A stretch of 63,040 nucleotides of DNA, filler included, from Choristocarpus tenellus KU-1152 (GCA_964200185.2; 13 parts of 13 records of this genome joined end to end with filler, not necessarily neighbours in it); one strand, 5' to 3'. Shown: positions 39,431 through 51,900, numbered from the whole stretch's first letter. Notes: generated from the letters alone by a model not told the origin. Translations and numbers: made by a program.

Positions 39431-39564
39431 GGGTCAAAGTATCTGGGGGGGTGGTGGTTAGTGAGGGGGCGTCCGTTTCGGCTCGGACGAATTGCTCTGA
39501 AATTATAGCAATTGCTGTCTTCAGGCGTCCCTTACTAACCACCACCCCCCAGATACTTTGACCC
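39431..39564. repeat. Terminal hairpin (family B1, internally deleted)
   Basis: GGGTCAAAGTATCTGGGGGGGTGGTGGTTAGTGAGGG ... CCCTTACTAACCACCACCCCCCAGATACTTTGACCC. Confidence 0.92.
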
Positions 39565-39589
39565 CATAAGTATTAAAAAAATCTATTCA

Positions 39590-41770
39590 CAATACCACTA
39601 AAGTAGTAGCAGTATCATATCTTAGATCTTTGGACCAATCTTGCTTTTTTTCATTGTAATGTAACAAGATTAGTTCAAAGATATATATATCAAATGAAAG
39701 GTCATGACATCACCTTTTGAACGAACGTATACAGGAATGTACAAACTGAGGTGAACGGGAACTATGCATAGATCAAATAATGCCAAAAACACAAAGGAAC
39801 ATCTGCGAACCAACTTTGATAGTCACAACCTCAAAAGGTACAAAAATGAAGTGGTTGGCTGAATTCCTTCCAAAAACGTAATGCAGATTACGCCACTGTT
39901 CAAGTATGGTGAGAGTGATGATACCGAAAAAAAAGAGGAATATTTAGGGACATATTTTTAGCGCCATCTGTAGACAAGTTGTGAGCGCATACACGGGTGA
40001 CCCACACAGCAACATGGACCACAGCAGTGAGACAAGGAGAGCCACCAAGGCCACTCTGCCCCCTGGATCTACCCTTGGCACCTTCTCTGTCGAGATGCAA
40101 TAGAAAAGCAAGTACCGTGTGACACTCAGTGTGATGTTAGGTGATGAGAAAGTGCATGTAGTGTGGTGCAGCAGCATGATCAAATTGCGCAATGGACCAC
40201 GCGGTCGTGACACTGATGCTGAGAGAAGATGCATGCATGGTGCATGGACCGGCGAGTCCATGACCAGGTGGTACAGGGACGAAGTCTGTGGAGAAGTCTG
40301 GTCACGGCGGACGAAGGGAGAACCAGGATGGCCAGCCGAAGGGAAGGTTGGGGAAGAGAGCAGTGCGACTGCGTGCCATTGCGCTCAGGAAACACCTAAG
40401 TGAAAACCCGGGTGTAGAATATCTTAGTAGTCGACAGTTGCAGCAGCCACTGGCTGTTTGGAAGCTATGTGAGCTGGAGTGGCTTAAGGAAACGAGGAAG
40501 AGGTGTTAGGGTTGCGATACAGGGGCTCTGAAGCCCGAAAGAAGGTTGAAAGGTCTCACAAGGCGGAGGAGAAAGCAATTGTAACAAAGGCAGCTGTGGA
40601 GACGTTTCGCTACCACCAAATCCTTTACTTTGAAGAGTTCGTGAAGCAGGTGGAGGTAGCCATCGATGAGGACACCAGGGAAGAAGAGGAGGAAAGACTA
40701 TTTGCACACCGATGGTTTGGCATTTCCCACTTCTTGCAAGATGCTGTACATTCACTTTTGTTCCTGGGCTTAGGGTTGGACGTATAAAGTTGTTTAAGAC
40801 TTCTCCCCGCCTGCATTCATTTGAGAAATCAACACAGTTTTCAATCAACTCTAGCCAGTCCTCCCTCGCCCTTGAGCCTTGATGATAAAATATCAAACTG
40901 CCCAGGAAACATGGGCGACGCCCATTTCCAGTGCTCAACAGGGAAAGGTGAGGGTAACGGCTCTAACTCTGCGAATCCTGAACCTGTGTATGGCTACTGG
41001 AAATACCATCAAACGGCACTCGAGATGGCAGTAGGATATGCGATGGTCACAGTGGAAACTGTGAGTAGATGGGAGAGACACTTCCTAACTGAGGGTCACA
41101 TCAAGGTGTCGGAGCAAGGGCACTATGAGAGGTGTTTTGTTCTAGGCCTCGACGAGGACATCCTTGCCGAGGTCAAGGAGTGGGTGTGCAAACACACAGA
41201 AAGAAAGAGTGGGGAGGCCAATATGATCGTGGAGAATTTCCGTCAGTACATCAACGACACAGTCATGCCAAAGGTGGCGAAGCTGAAGACAGACAAATTC
41301 GATCCCTTCAAGGGGATGAAGCTCAACAAGGTGGGTGGAGGGCAGGATCGTCGATCCCTTATCAGCTTCTCAACGGTGATCACTTAGTTGGCAAAGCTTG
41401 GGGGTGCTTACCACGCCGGAAAAGACGACTGACACTGGACTGGAAGCCGACAAGGAGTACAAGAAGTACAAGTCTCATAGGTGCCCAGCACTTTCGGAAT
41501 TCCTGGTGGCAGATGGAGACAAGAGTTACATTTACATTTAGCATTCATTCCCTGGGTCGTTCGTTTGGCTGGCGTTTTTTTCCGCCCAACCAAGTATACT
41601 TTAAACAAGTAATGGTGCATCTGTTGACACTCTTGGTGACCTATATTACAGGGTAAAGAACCCCAATATGAGTACTCTTTCTTAAAAAAAAAATGAAAAA
41701 AAACGAAAGACCTAAATCTGGAGGGCCTTGTAACGGGCATCACCAATGTGCATTTTATTAAATTCTGATG
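39590..41770 (+). mobile_element. Internally deleted IS630/Tc1-mariner-like element, copy 1 (transposase N-terminal/HTH region only)
   Basis: RWERHFLTEGHIKVSEQGHYER..L..DEDI...VKEWV...GEANM..ENFRQYIN..VMP...ISFSTVIT*LAKLG..Y resembles the segment preceding the Y.DGHER motif in large IS630-type transposases; colinear with 58300-56390. Confidence 0.6.
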
Positions 41771-41814
41771 TCTACACCAATAGTAATGATGGGGCAACCT
41801 CAGAGGCATAAATA

Positions 41815-42190
41815 AGCTACTGCTACCACTTTACCAGTTATGCTACACCGTTCCCTTCCTGTACATCTAACCTAGCTTTGTCCTACACCCCAGGTTGAGG
41901 GGCTAGGAAGGCATCCCACGAACCTAACAAGCCCCTCCTTGCCATCTCCCTGGTGTCTCCAGCCTAAAGCGCATGACCTGTCAGGATAGGGCTACCTGAG
42001 TTGCGACAGAAACTATCTGTCGTAGACAATATTTGATAGCCCCCTTCCTCCTATAACCCCCTGTCCCTCTCCCCCAAACCGCGTGCGTAGCTACATCATC
42101 CAGAAAAAGTTCCGCTTGCTTGCCGAGGCGCCCAAAACTTTCCACCGCGAAGGTGTTGAGGTTACAGCTAGGAGGGTCAAGAGATTATTA
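41815..42190 (-). mobile_element. CRE-type (restriction-like endonuclease) non-LTR retrotransposon 3' end
   Basis: TFAVESFGRLGKQAELFLDDVATHAVWGRG...RQIVSVATQVALS; 3' UTR related to 22740-22850. Confidence 0.72.
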
Positions 42191-44589
42191 TGATTATTAT
42201 GGACGAGGTTTGGTTTAGGATCTATCTGTTGCTTCTAGGAAGAATCAATAAAGAGGAATAATTTCTAACGTTCTCAGAAACGTCCCATGATGGAGAAAGA
42301 CGTCCCGAAGATGTGGACCTTCACTCTATTATATTATTATAATGCCCTCTGGGGAAACCAATGAAAACTATATACATTAAGATTAAGTGTAACTTACTCT
42401 CTGTTGACATAACCTTACTTGGAACNNNNNNNNNNNNNNNNNNNNNNNNNNNNNNNNNNNNNNNNNNNNTTAATTAATTAANNNNNNNNNNNNNNNNNNN
42501 NNNNNNNNNNNNNNNNNNNNNNNNNCCCCCCCTCCCAGATACTTTGGGTCAAATATCTGCAAAATGTCAGTGGGTATAATATTACTTATGTCACGTAAGA
42601 AGACGATGCAGAATGCCCCATAATAGTATCGGATCTGTACATTCCTATTGAGAAATGCGTCACTCACAACGATTTTGAGTTTTTTCATCTTTGTCAAGAT
42701 CATAGTCTTTTATCAGGTTTTAATCACCATATATATTTAGGATTTTAAAGATTTAACAGCTTTCACAATATATCATACAGGTTCTTTCTTCTTCGTGTCG
42801 GTTCGGACCACTTCTCGGAAAAGAGTTTGGTGTCCCAAAGTCTTACTGCTACTGGGTGTATCACATAGGAATAAAATAGGTATGTAATCCCACCGACCTT
42901 CTCCAGAAGGAGTTTTGCTGGAAAACCTTTGCACTAGTACTGTTGTGTATTTGCTGAACCCTCAACTCTATCTACAGGAATAAGCTCCTCCTTGTGTTTT
43001 GTGTTTGATCGCCATACGTTAAGGTTCTTGAATAAGTCAATTCTTCATAGCGCATTTGATATCCTAGTGAAGGAAGGCATTATGTTGTACGTGCAATTCG
43101 AAATATTTGTTACAAGATCGTGTATGTACCACCTATTGTGTTTAAGTCAAGAAGAATTGTTGTTTGCTGTTTCGGCTTCCTTTCTACATTTTCAGTGCAT
43201 TGGGGTGGTGTTGAAGAAGTATGAGGTATGGAACAGCTGCCTCACCATTCTATTGGTCGAACTCTTTAATATATATGCACCTATGAAATAACTCTAAAAA
43301 CAAAAATTTGGGATATACTATACATGACAAAGCATACCATTTTTCTCTATATGCATTTTAATCTCCATTGAATGTATTGTTCATATTGTTAATCACATTG
43401 CCTGACAGATCCCAGACCTTTGGTATAAGATATTCCAAAGAAGGCACTCCATATTGCTTGAGAAATACAAGGACTAAAAAGAGAAGAAACTGTGAGAGGA
43501 AAGAGAAGGAGAGGCAAGAAAATGACAGGACCCACAGGTGAGTACAGTGTCCCCCAAAAGCCTTGAGTCGGGTCAGGTCCATGGAGGTAAAAAGTATCGC
43601 TCACCAATGTCCCACAAAGGAAACAAAAGGAGAAGAGAATGAAAAAGAACAAAAGGAATAAGAAAAATAAGCCCAAAAGGACACAATACCATTAGAAAGC
43701 ATACAGCAGACAGTGATGTTCGAGGCTTAGTTTGATTGGGCGACTTCAGCTGCTGTGCTTTAGCATGCATACATCAAATATCACAGCTCCTTTGCAGTAT
43801 CACTCCACCATCCATGAAGTTCGTTGTTGCGGCAGCCGCAAACTCGTACCACTTCTGTTACTTGTTGGTTCGTGGTACTTGTGCTCCATCCCTCATCCAT
43901 AATCCCAAACTTCTCAAGATCGTCTTGGAGGCATATGTTTGGGTTACTTTTTTACATCATACATAATTAATTAATGGATCTTTTCCTAGTATGGTGATTG
44001 AATGTATGTTCCCGAAAATGGCGAGAGTCCATCCAACATACCACCTCATTGATTGGAAAATTCATTTATTGCCCTTCTAGCAATCTCCACTCTGTCAAAA
44101 ACAATTTTTCATCATATATTTCATAGACAGCGACTACAACAGAACTGTAGACAACATGACCAAATATCAAATTTCTGTATGATGGTGAAATGGTTTATCG
44201 ATATACCACGGAATTCTCCACCTCCCTAGCTTTCTCAAACTTGTTATCATGGATGCATATATAATTTTACTCCGAGTATATTATAATGCCCTCTGACAAT
44301 TTGTAGATGTCTTCTTAGCAGGGGGGAATAACAGAGACCAGAACTTTATTGCAAGAGCTGTAGATGCAATTGTTGTTGCTCTATGATACTTCCTTCAAAC
44401 ATGTACTATTTGAAAGCTACAAACCTTGGGAAATACAACAATGTCCTCTTGGATAATGCTCTCTAATATGCAATGTTCATAGGAACACTTCATCCGTAGA
44501 AATGTAGTTGAATTGCAAGATATAAAACTGGGGTATAGTGCAAAACGACCAAAAACCGAGTACCTCTAGTTTACTTTGGCTCTGTGCAA

Positions 44590-44870
44590 TGCTTCCAAAG
44601 CAGACCAACGAAGGTGGACGAAGAGGTAGGAAGTATCCCGAGATGCTGTTAGGTTCCTTCTTGCCCACCTGCCCTGTTTCTATAGCTTGAAGCTCGTTAT
44701 GTCTCAAGGGAGTCACTTGTGCAGTGACGGATATTAACCATCTCAAACCAGACTTTACCACCCCTTTCTGACAATAACCACCAGCCCCTCTCCCCCCTAC
44801 TACATGGGTGGCCAACTCATCTAGGAAACTCTCTGCTTGCTTGCCAAGGCGCCCAATTCTCGTGCATCTC
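44590..44870 (-). mobile_element. CRE-type non-LTR retrotransposon 3' fragment
   Basis: IGRLGKQAESFLDELATHVVGGRGAGGYCQKGVVKSGLRWLISVTAQVT, paralogous to 41960-42180. Confidence 0.72.
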
Positions 44871-45473
44871 ACATCTATTCTCGGAGAGTTTCGTCCGTAC
44901 GTCCCAGTACACCCCATGACTGACCGGATCACCATACTTCTTCACATCATTTTCTCTGTTCAGTACTGTTGCAGCTGTATTTAGGCATACATTTAGTATT
45001 ACACCTGATGATAACCCACAAGTTTTCCCAGTGTGTATAAGTAAATAAAAACTTTACTCGGCTCCGCATATGCGAAAATACACTTTTGTACGCATGTTTA
45101 AATGTTCACACATGAGACAGGCATTTTGCTACAGTTCATTGTGACTGCAACACATTTATTTGACGTTTTAAGAGCCTTTCTTAGCTTCATAGATACCCAT
45201 AGTTCCCGAGAATGACTTCTCCACTATATATTTTGGAGTAGAGCCATTTCAAATCGTTTATTTTTCTATTATATATACAGCTGTTGCCATCCTACAGTAC
45301 TGTTAGCCGTATGATGTATACCCTCTTCATTACATTGTGAGAACATACGTGTTTTGAACTGATCTAAACTAGACATTATTGAAATGGAATATTGTTGATG
45401 GCTATGTTCTGCATTTTCTAGTTAGGTTGGTGAGGTTTGGAATATCATAAAAGTACCTCAACATATGCATTAT

Positions 45474-45943
45474 TTCTACAGGCGAATATCACAACCATTT
45501 CTTCTCATGTTCTAGCAAGCGCGAGCAGTATACAAGATTCGTAGCACAGAGGAGACCTTACAGAATGACTGCAGATTTCCTAGAAGTTACAGAAAAGATT
45601 TGTAATTTGAGTACGTATACAACAGCTTGCAGATGTCTTTTTAACTTATAGTCTGTGGAAATCAGGTGGATGGTGCCAATATAAGATTGCTTTTGAGAGT
45701 CACTCAACGCACCTTTTTCACTTTTTCTTTCTCGATTAAAACGTAAGTTCAGGTTTGAGCTAAGCACTGAGTGAAACATCGAGAGAAGAGTGGCTGGCAC
45801 CCGCAATTGGCTACCAACTGTGGAAATACCCCAGTAGCGTGCGTCGCTTAAAGGTCGTTGGATTAGAGCTACACATCCTATGGAGGTAAGTTCTGGAGCG
45901 TGTTGTAGCGTGGAGGTCCTACCAAGACTTCCACGTTGTAACA
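45474..45943 (-). repeat. Solo LTR (~470 bp) of the 30876-33807 family
   Basis: Starts TGTTACA. Shares CAGAACTT, ATCCAACGACCTT, AGTGCTTAGCTCAAA and TTCTGTAAGG with 33389-33807, and TATACTGCTCGCGC...TATTCGCCTG with 30890-30943. Confidence 0.78.
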
Positions 45944-46587
45944 TTATCCCATACTTGTATTAGTATGTCAAAATACCTACACATTCTTCAAGACAATCTC
46001 TTCAAGAGACATTGGGTGAACTTACACCCATCGCGTCATCGCTCACCTGGTCGTTCACTGCTCGTGATACAAGGTTGTAATCCCTTACATTGCTCAGTCC
46101 TATAATTGATGCTGAATGGAAACGGAAGAGAGGCGGTCAGGGGAAGAATCAATAGAGATGTCCTCAAGACCATATTGACAAGTTTGGGATTGGAATTGAG
46201 GATTGGAGCACGAGAGTTGCTAACCAACAGCATTGGTATGAGTTTTGTAGCTAAGGACACAACGAAGTGCATCGCTGAATTGATATTCCAAGGAGGCTGT
46301 GATATAGCTATTGCACATCGCTCCAAAGGAGTAGTAGCTAAGGTCATCCAATCCACCAACACCACCACCATCACTATCTCCTAAATGCTCTTCTGTTTGT
46401 GTGCTCATTCTCTTGCATCCTTTGATGTAATACCCTCTTCTCTTCCAATTACATAGTTTGACCTTTCTCATTGATTGACAGTAAAGCATAATTAAACCTG
46501 AAAAATCCATCACCAAGTCCGGGGAAAGTTTCAGAAATCCTGAGTTTGTGCATATGGATATGATTCATGCTGTCACGGTGATCGTGA

Positions 46588-46607
46588 TACATACATACAT
46601 ACATACA

Positions 46608-46636
<29 letters not shown>
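46588..46636. repeat. (ATAC)n microsatellite
   Basis: About 12 units. Confidence 0.95.
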
Positions 46637-46638
<2 letters not shown>

Positions 46639-46739
46639 TGGTTGAGGAGTGATATGATATGTGGAGTAGGTAGGGCAATGGTGAATCACATGCAAACAAG
46701 AGATAGCTAGCTTGACGATATTAGATACACACTCTCCAA

Positions 46740-46994
46740 TGCCAAAGCACGAAAGAGGGTAGGGCCATGTCCGTTTGGGGTCACAAATCCAACGTTACGA
46801 TTTTGATTAATTTTGGCTATCGTGTTGTTAGAGAGTGTCGATATCCTTGCCCCAGACACACCTTTTGTGGTTGTATACATTTTAGGTAACTGTGTACACA
46901 CAGAAAACCGAGAAAGGGTCTAAAAAACATGTGGGAAGCCAAGCCCCAACGGAGAAACAGGGCAAAGCTCCTACCCTCTTAAATGCTTTGGGTC
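46740..46994. mobile_element. MITE family A, old degenerate copy
   Basis: AGAGGGTAGGGCCATGTCCGTTTGGGG ... GGGAAGCCAAGCCCC ... CTACCCTCTTAAATGCTTTG. Confidence 0.75.
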
Positions 46995-47059
46995 AATATC
47001 AGGTCGTAGTACAGGACTGGTTGGGAGAGACAATTCTTTTGATCGACTTCTCCACTCAC

Positions 47060-47130
47060 TCACCCACCCAACCACCTACCCAACCACCCACCAAACCACC
47101 CACCCAACCACCCACCCAACCACCCACCCT
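47060..47130. repeat. 12-bp CCACCCACCCAA tandem repeat
   Basis: About 5-6 units. Confidence 0.85.
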
Positions 47131-47598
47131 GTTGGTGGAGGGGGCACGGGGGAAGGATGCCTTTTTTGTTTCTTTTATCTCGTTTGGGTTTTTCTTTCCT
47201 CCTTTTCATGTGGAGTGCTGTTGGTGTGGGACAAGGGGTAGGAGTTCCTCCCCAAGAAAAAAAAACTAGTAGGGAGGACCTACCTGAAGACAACGAGGGG
47301 ATAGCCTTCTGATTTGAGATGGGTGGAGTTTGTGACACAATATTTTGTCTTGACCTGATAACAACTTATAATCCAGAATTCTTCAGTGGAAACAAAACAC
47401 GTCATGCATGAATGTTTTGGATGCTTTGTGATGTCTATTTGTGGTAATAACATGGTAGACGAGATAGATATGCATCATTGAACTTTGAATTTTGGCCAGT
47501 AGTATACGTAACATATATACACAAAGTGAACGCGAATGATCAGGATCGCTTATCACGTCTTGTTTCATCAGTGCATTTACCCATAGCTGTGAGGTATT

Positions 47599-47787
47599 GA
47601 GTCAAAGTATCTGAGAGGGTAGAACGGCGTCCATTTGGGGGGCCAAAATTCATTGTTGCAATTTTGATGTAATTTTTGCTATCATGTTTGTTTGGAGATG
47701 TCAAAATCCTTGTTTGGGATACACCTTTTCATAACGTATACATTTTACCTACTCCGAAACGTTTTGGAGTAGGTAAAATATTATAAA
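47599..47787. mobile_element. MITE family A copy truncated by a family B2 insertion
   Basis: Starts GAGTCAAAGTATCTGAGAGGGTAG; stops just after the internal palindrome. Confidence 0.88.
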
Positions 47788-47948
47788 GATCAAAAGTATC
47801 TGGGAGGGGGAGGGGTCTACACCACGGTGTCCATTTGGGAAAAATCAGGAAAAGTGCATTTACATTATCCATCCAACGTACGCAACCAAATCACCATAAA
47901 ATCGCGACATGAAAAAATTGACCCTAAATGGACAGCCGCCACCCCCCC
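47788..47948. mobile_element. MITE family B2 copy
   Basis: Reverse-orientation relative of 48357-48520 (GGTCTACACCA, CATTATCCATC, AAAATCGCGACATG). Confidence 0.8.
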
Positions 47949-48356
47949 NNNNNNNNNNNNNNNNNNNNNNNNNNNNNNNNNNNNNNNNNNNNTTAATTAA
48001 TTAANNNNNNNNNNNNNNNNNNNNNNNNNNNNNNNNNNNNNNNNNNNNTCTTGTCCTGTGCCCCCAGTCAACCAGAATTCTCCCACCCACAAAACTCAGT
48101 TTACTTCATAAACTCTCACTTATATGCTGTTCGTTTGGTGATTTTTTTGCCTTTCACCATTTCCATCTTCCTACACTAGGTCCCACTATATAGTGGTTGG
48201 CATGTAGGTGCTGGTAAGGTGTACTACACACATATATATGTGTTGACTTCTGCAAGGAGCAAACTTGTTGTCCTTCACTTTTTGCGATACTTGGTGGTTG
48301 GCGGTTGGTCATCTACATATTATAGATCATAATCAGTACTACTGTTAGTCACAATT

Positions 48357-48520
48357 GGCTCAAAGTATCTGGGGGGGGGGGGGGGGGGGGGGTTGTCCAT
48401 TCGGGGCCCATTTTTCCATGTCGCGATTTTTGGGTGAATTGGTTGCATGCGTCAGATGGATAATGTAAGTGAGGCTCAAATGGATACCCTGGTGTAGACC
48501 CCCCCCAGATACTTTGAGTC
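48357..48520. mobile_element. MITE family B2, full length (~165 bp)
   Basis: GGCTCAAAGTATCT(G)n ... (C)nAGATACTTTGAGTC; partial copy at 55603-55669. Confidence 0.85.
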
Positions 48521-49298
48521 GTCGCCAACTCCTTGGGGGAGACTGGTGGCAGGGATTGAGTCCCAATATTGAGCACTACCCTTTTCCCTTACTTCCTTAC
48601 TTTCTCCTCCTGTTACAACTATTTACACAAAAACAAAACAAACAGTAATAAAAAATAACTTTTTACAATGTATAATGTACTCCAAGTAAATAATATGGCA
48701 ACATTAATATTTTTGCATTCTGCCTTCTTGTGACTAAAAGCATGAAATCCTTTAGTCTTTAGGAGTCTAGGTCAAGTTTACTGTTTTGTAGTTGGATTGG
48801 TACTTGGTACTGCACAAACATGCATCATCACTTGAGGTGATACTCACACAGAAGAAGTACCGCCTGGATCTGTACTAAGCACACTGCCACAATTCCATAA
48901 GCGATCATACAAAAATTGGAGAATTAGCTTGACTACGTGCTCATAGACACACCAATAATCGCTGCATCTTGCTTTCATTACCATCATTGCTCTGCTGCTG
49001 AGAAAAATAGTTGTACACAATTGAGAAGTCAAATTCACAACGTGAAGTAACCATTACTCAGGGAAGGGCACTGAGGGAACTGAGATCAGACCATCAAACA
49101 CTTACTACTACAGAGTTGCCACGTTTTTTTATGTTGATTCATTGTTCTTTGAGGTGTAACACAGTAAATAGCACAGTAACAGTAGCCCTTTTCCGACTCA
49201 GATAAAGTCATCTGCTTGTCCAGGAAAAACCAGCTGCAAGAAGGGGGCAATCTCAACCCAAACTCCACATCCCTTCATATTCACCTTGCCAAGGATGA

Positions 49299-49326
49299 CC
49301 CTAACCCTAACCCTAACCCTAACCCC
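49299..49326 (-). repeat. Interstitial telomere-type repeat (CCCTAA)4
   Basis: CCCTAACCCTAACCCTAACCCTAACCC. Confidence 0.85.
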
Positions 49327-50736
49327 CCAACCCCATCCATCCTCATCGCCGTTGGCAGGAAGTAAATAGAGACGGTGCACAATGAGAGCCTCACAGGCAT
49401 ATTTTTTCGCCACAGAAAGAATTGAGGCAATCCACTTGTTTCCAGGAGAATAAAAGCGTCATGTATACGCTGTCAGTTTCCTCTTGCTAGAGTGACACAT
49501 TTCACAGCAACTCCTGACTGTAAGAGGCAAGTGTCATAGTATTGAGCAATTGCAATGGAGACTAAAGGCATGTGTAGAAAAATCTGGCACTTTGGTTGAT
49601 CAGTAAGATGAGAATGGTGTAGATATGGCGTAATTGAGATGAGAAAGAATACAATTAGAACTCATACCTTGCCAGCAGAAGATGATATCAATGCTGCTGA
49701 TGCTACTTTGCAAAAGTTCTTGAGTTGTCAGCAATCTATGATGCAGAGATATCTATGGGGTCACATCGAAAGCTGATGTGTGAACCTGAATGCTGACTGC
49801 TGTATATAAAGGTACTCCAGTAGTACGAATACTGTCAACGATGAGGAAATGGACACCCCATGTAGTCCATGTATCAAAACTACATCAATATTCAGTTTGC
49901 AATGGAAATCCCATCACGTTGCTCAAACCTTCCATGAGTATCATTACAGCAGAGTCTCAATCCTATTACCATCAGCTCCCTTTGCCCATAATGTGCACAA
50001 AATAACTTGACCAACGTTAACATATCTCTTGCTACTACACGAATTTGTACTTAGAACATATCAAGCATTCATTGTCCAATGTACGGTGATAATAGTTAAC
50101 AAGTCTGTACTCCCTACTCCTCAGATGATGGTGTCAATATGGTGCATTGTGGTGGATGTACAGAGCATACTATTACCTCCTACTAGTAGTATTTCTCTAA
50201 GGTACAGCACCACAATAAAAAAATATCAAAACAGATCAGATAGGTATTGTGGCATTCCATAAAGGGGGAGCACACAACAGCAAATGTCCAAATAGCCTAG
50301 TAGGAGGTGCATTAGAGTATTTACAGATACAGAAGGAGAAAAAAAAAAGACAAACAAAGGTGCCTCTGTCCCCTCTTAACAAAGCACCAAATAACTTTCC
50401 CTCTCCAGTATCACCCACAAGAGTAACTATTTAGGTCCCAATCTTCATCATAGACATAAGACTCAAGGACCATGTCCTCAACGACCACGCTTCCACCCCA
50501 CCAAAACAACAGGATTCAAAACAGGCCGCCTTGACTATTTGGTCTTTTTTGACCTATATTATATGCAGTCCAAAATTCAGGCACCACAGCATGCCTGTTG
50601 AATGTCAGCCCCTGATATTGCCAGCATCCACTCCATCCCCTCCACTCCACCTATCAATTACCTACACACACACACACACAGCTATCCCCCCGTGGAAGCA
50701 TCCTTCAACCCCCGAAGTCCTCTTCTCCACTTCACT

Positions 50737-51900
50737 TCATCGGAGCTCTTTCCCCATGAACTTCCGCTTACTGAACAACATCCAGTGCTTGCAACGCTTC
50801 CCGTCCCCCAAGAAAACGCGATCCACAAGCCTCTTTCCCAACTCCTCACGACACTGACGCATGTACGCCTTCCAAAGGTCTGTCTCATCAAGTGTCACAC
50901 AGGGGGAGGGGTCCGAGGGGATACCCAGAGCACAAGCTAAAGTCACATGGCAATCATAAAAACATAAGTCTAGAGGAGGAAGCAACGAATAACAAGGACT
51001 GCATCAGGGCCTATCTGCCGGATGGAAATAGGCTAGTGGGGAGAGAGGACAAATGAAAGCCAGTAACCAATCCAAAAACGTTTGCAATATTTCTGATAAA
51101 AAAAAAAGCATCTCTGGCTTTTTCACAAAAAGAGCGAGTGCAGGTGAGGGATGCCTATCACACGAACTGAGAGGCAAGTCCGTGTCACTTCTTTGTTTAT
51201 GTTGATATGGGACACTTAATTGCAGTAGTTTAGTTGCAGATAGAGACATGGAACAATACTTCAATCTTTTACTCTGATCAACACAGAAACGGACTGTTCT
51301 CACCCTCACTCTCTTCCTCCCCCTAAAAATATTTGAATCAAGCAATAAAGTGCACTAGCCACTGGGGAACAGAGTGCGTTCCTTCTCAGAGTCAAGGGCT
51401 TCAATACTTATTACACCGGCAGCAGACAGTGCTTAAGTCTTCAGCTGACAACATGAACTGACACAGGCGATACAGAGAGACACCGACTACAATAAAGCAC
51501 TACTTCATACTATTGGGAGCAACATAAAGTCATTGGAATGCAGCAACAAAGCATTTGGGAGCAGTCCAATACCATCAGTACCACTGTGCATGCGGTAAAG
51601 TCTTGACTTAAGTCAACAAGTGTGATGCTTCATATCCTGTGCACACATACACACTGTACCTATCTTGTCAAAACCATAGCATTCAAGGTTTTCAACACCA
51701 ACAGGCTTTTTGGATCGATATGAGTTTGAATATGCAGTAATACTCAAACTTTATACATGTATATTGCACCTCATGCTCTTCTCTTTGCATACCTGCCTCA
51801 TCCCTGCTCTGCCCAGTAGCAAACAAGGTGCCCAAAGGCCAGCCGGCCTCACCCGGAGCTGCAATCTGCTTTATTGCGAGGTTATTCAATGCCCGCAGTG
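50737..51900 (-). CDS. ARPC3: Arp2/3 complex subunit 3 (p21-Arc), last two exons 51900-51793 and 50879-50737
   Basis: LNNLAIKQIAAPGEAGWPLGTLF...DEA|DLWKAYMRQCREELGKRLVDRVF...KHWMLFSKRKFMGKEL* matches the ARPC3 C-terminus (PGEPGFPL...RAYLQQLRQE.G.RL..KVF...KWW.CF.KR.FM.KSL); phase-1 GT-AG intron. Confidence 0.92.

Larger units (their letters stand above)
37618..39564 (+). mobile_element. Sola2-like DNA transposon, 3' part, copy 2
   Basis: Reverse-complement homologue of 34075-36020, covering intron, last exon, 3' region and terminal hairpin. Confidence 0.72.

Noticed and set aside
46892-47269. PTQP-repeat extensin/mucin-like protein
   Set aside because: The ORF starts inside a degenerate MITE and crosses a 12-bp repeat; no signal peptide or splice support.
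49299-49326. True chromosome end
   Set aside because: Only four units, internal to a contig with unique flanks.
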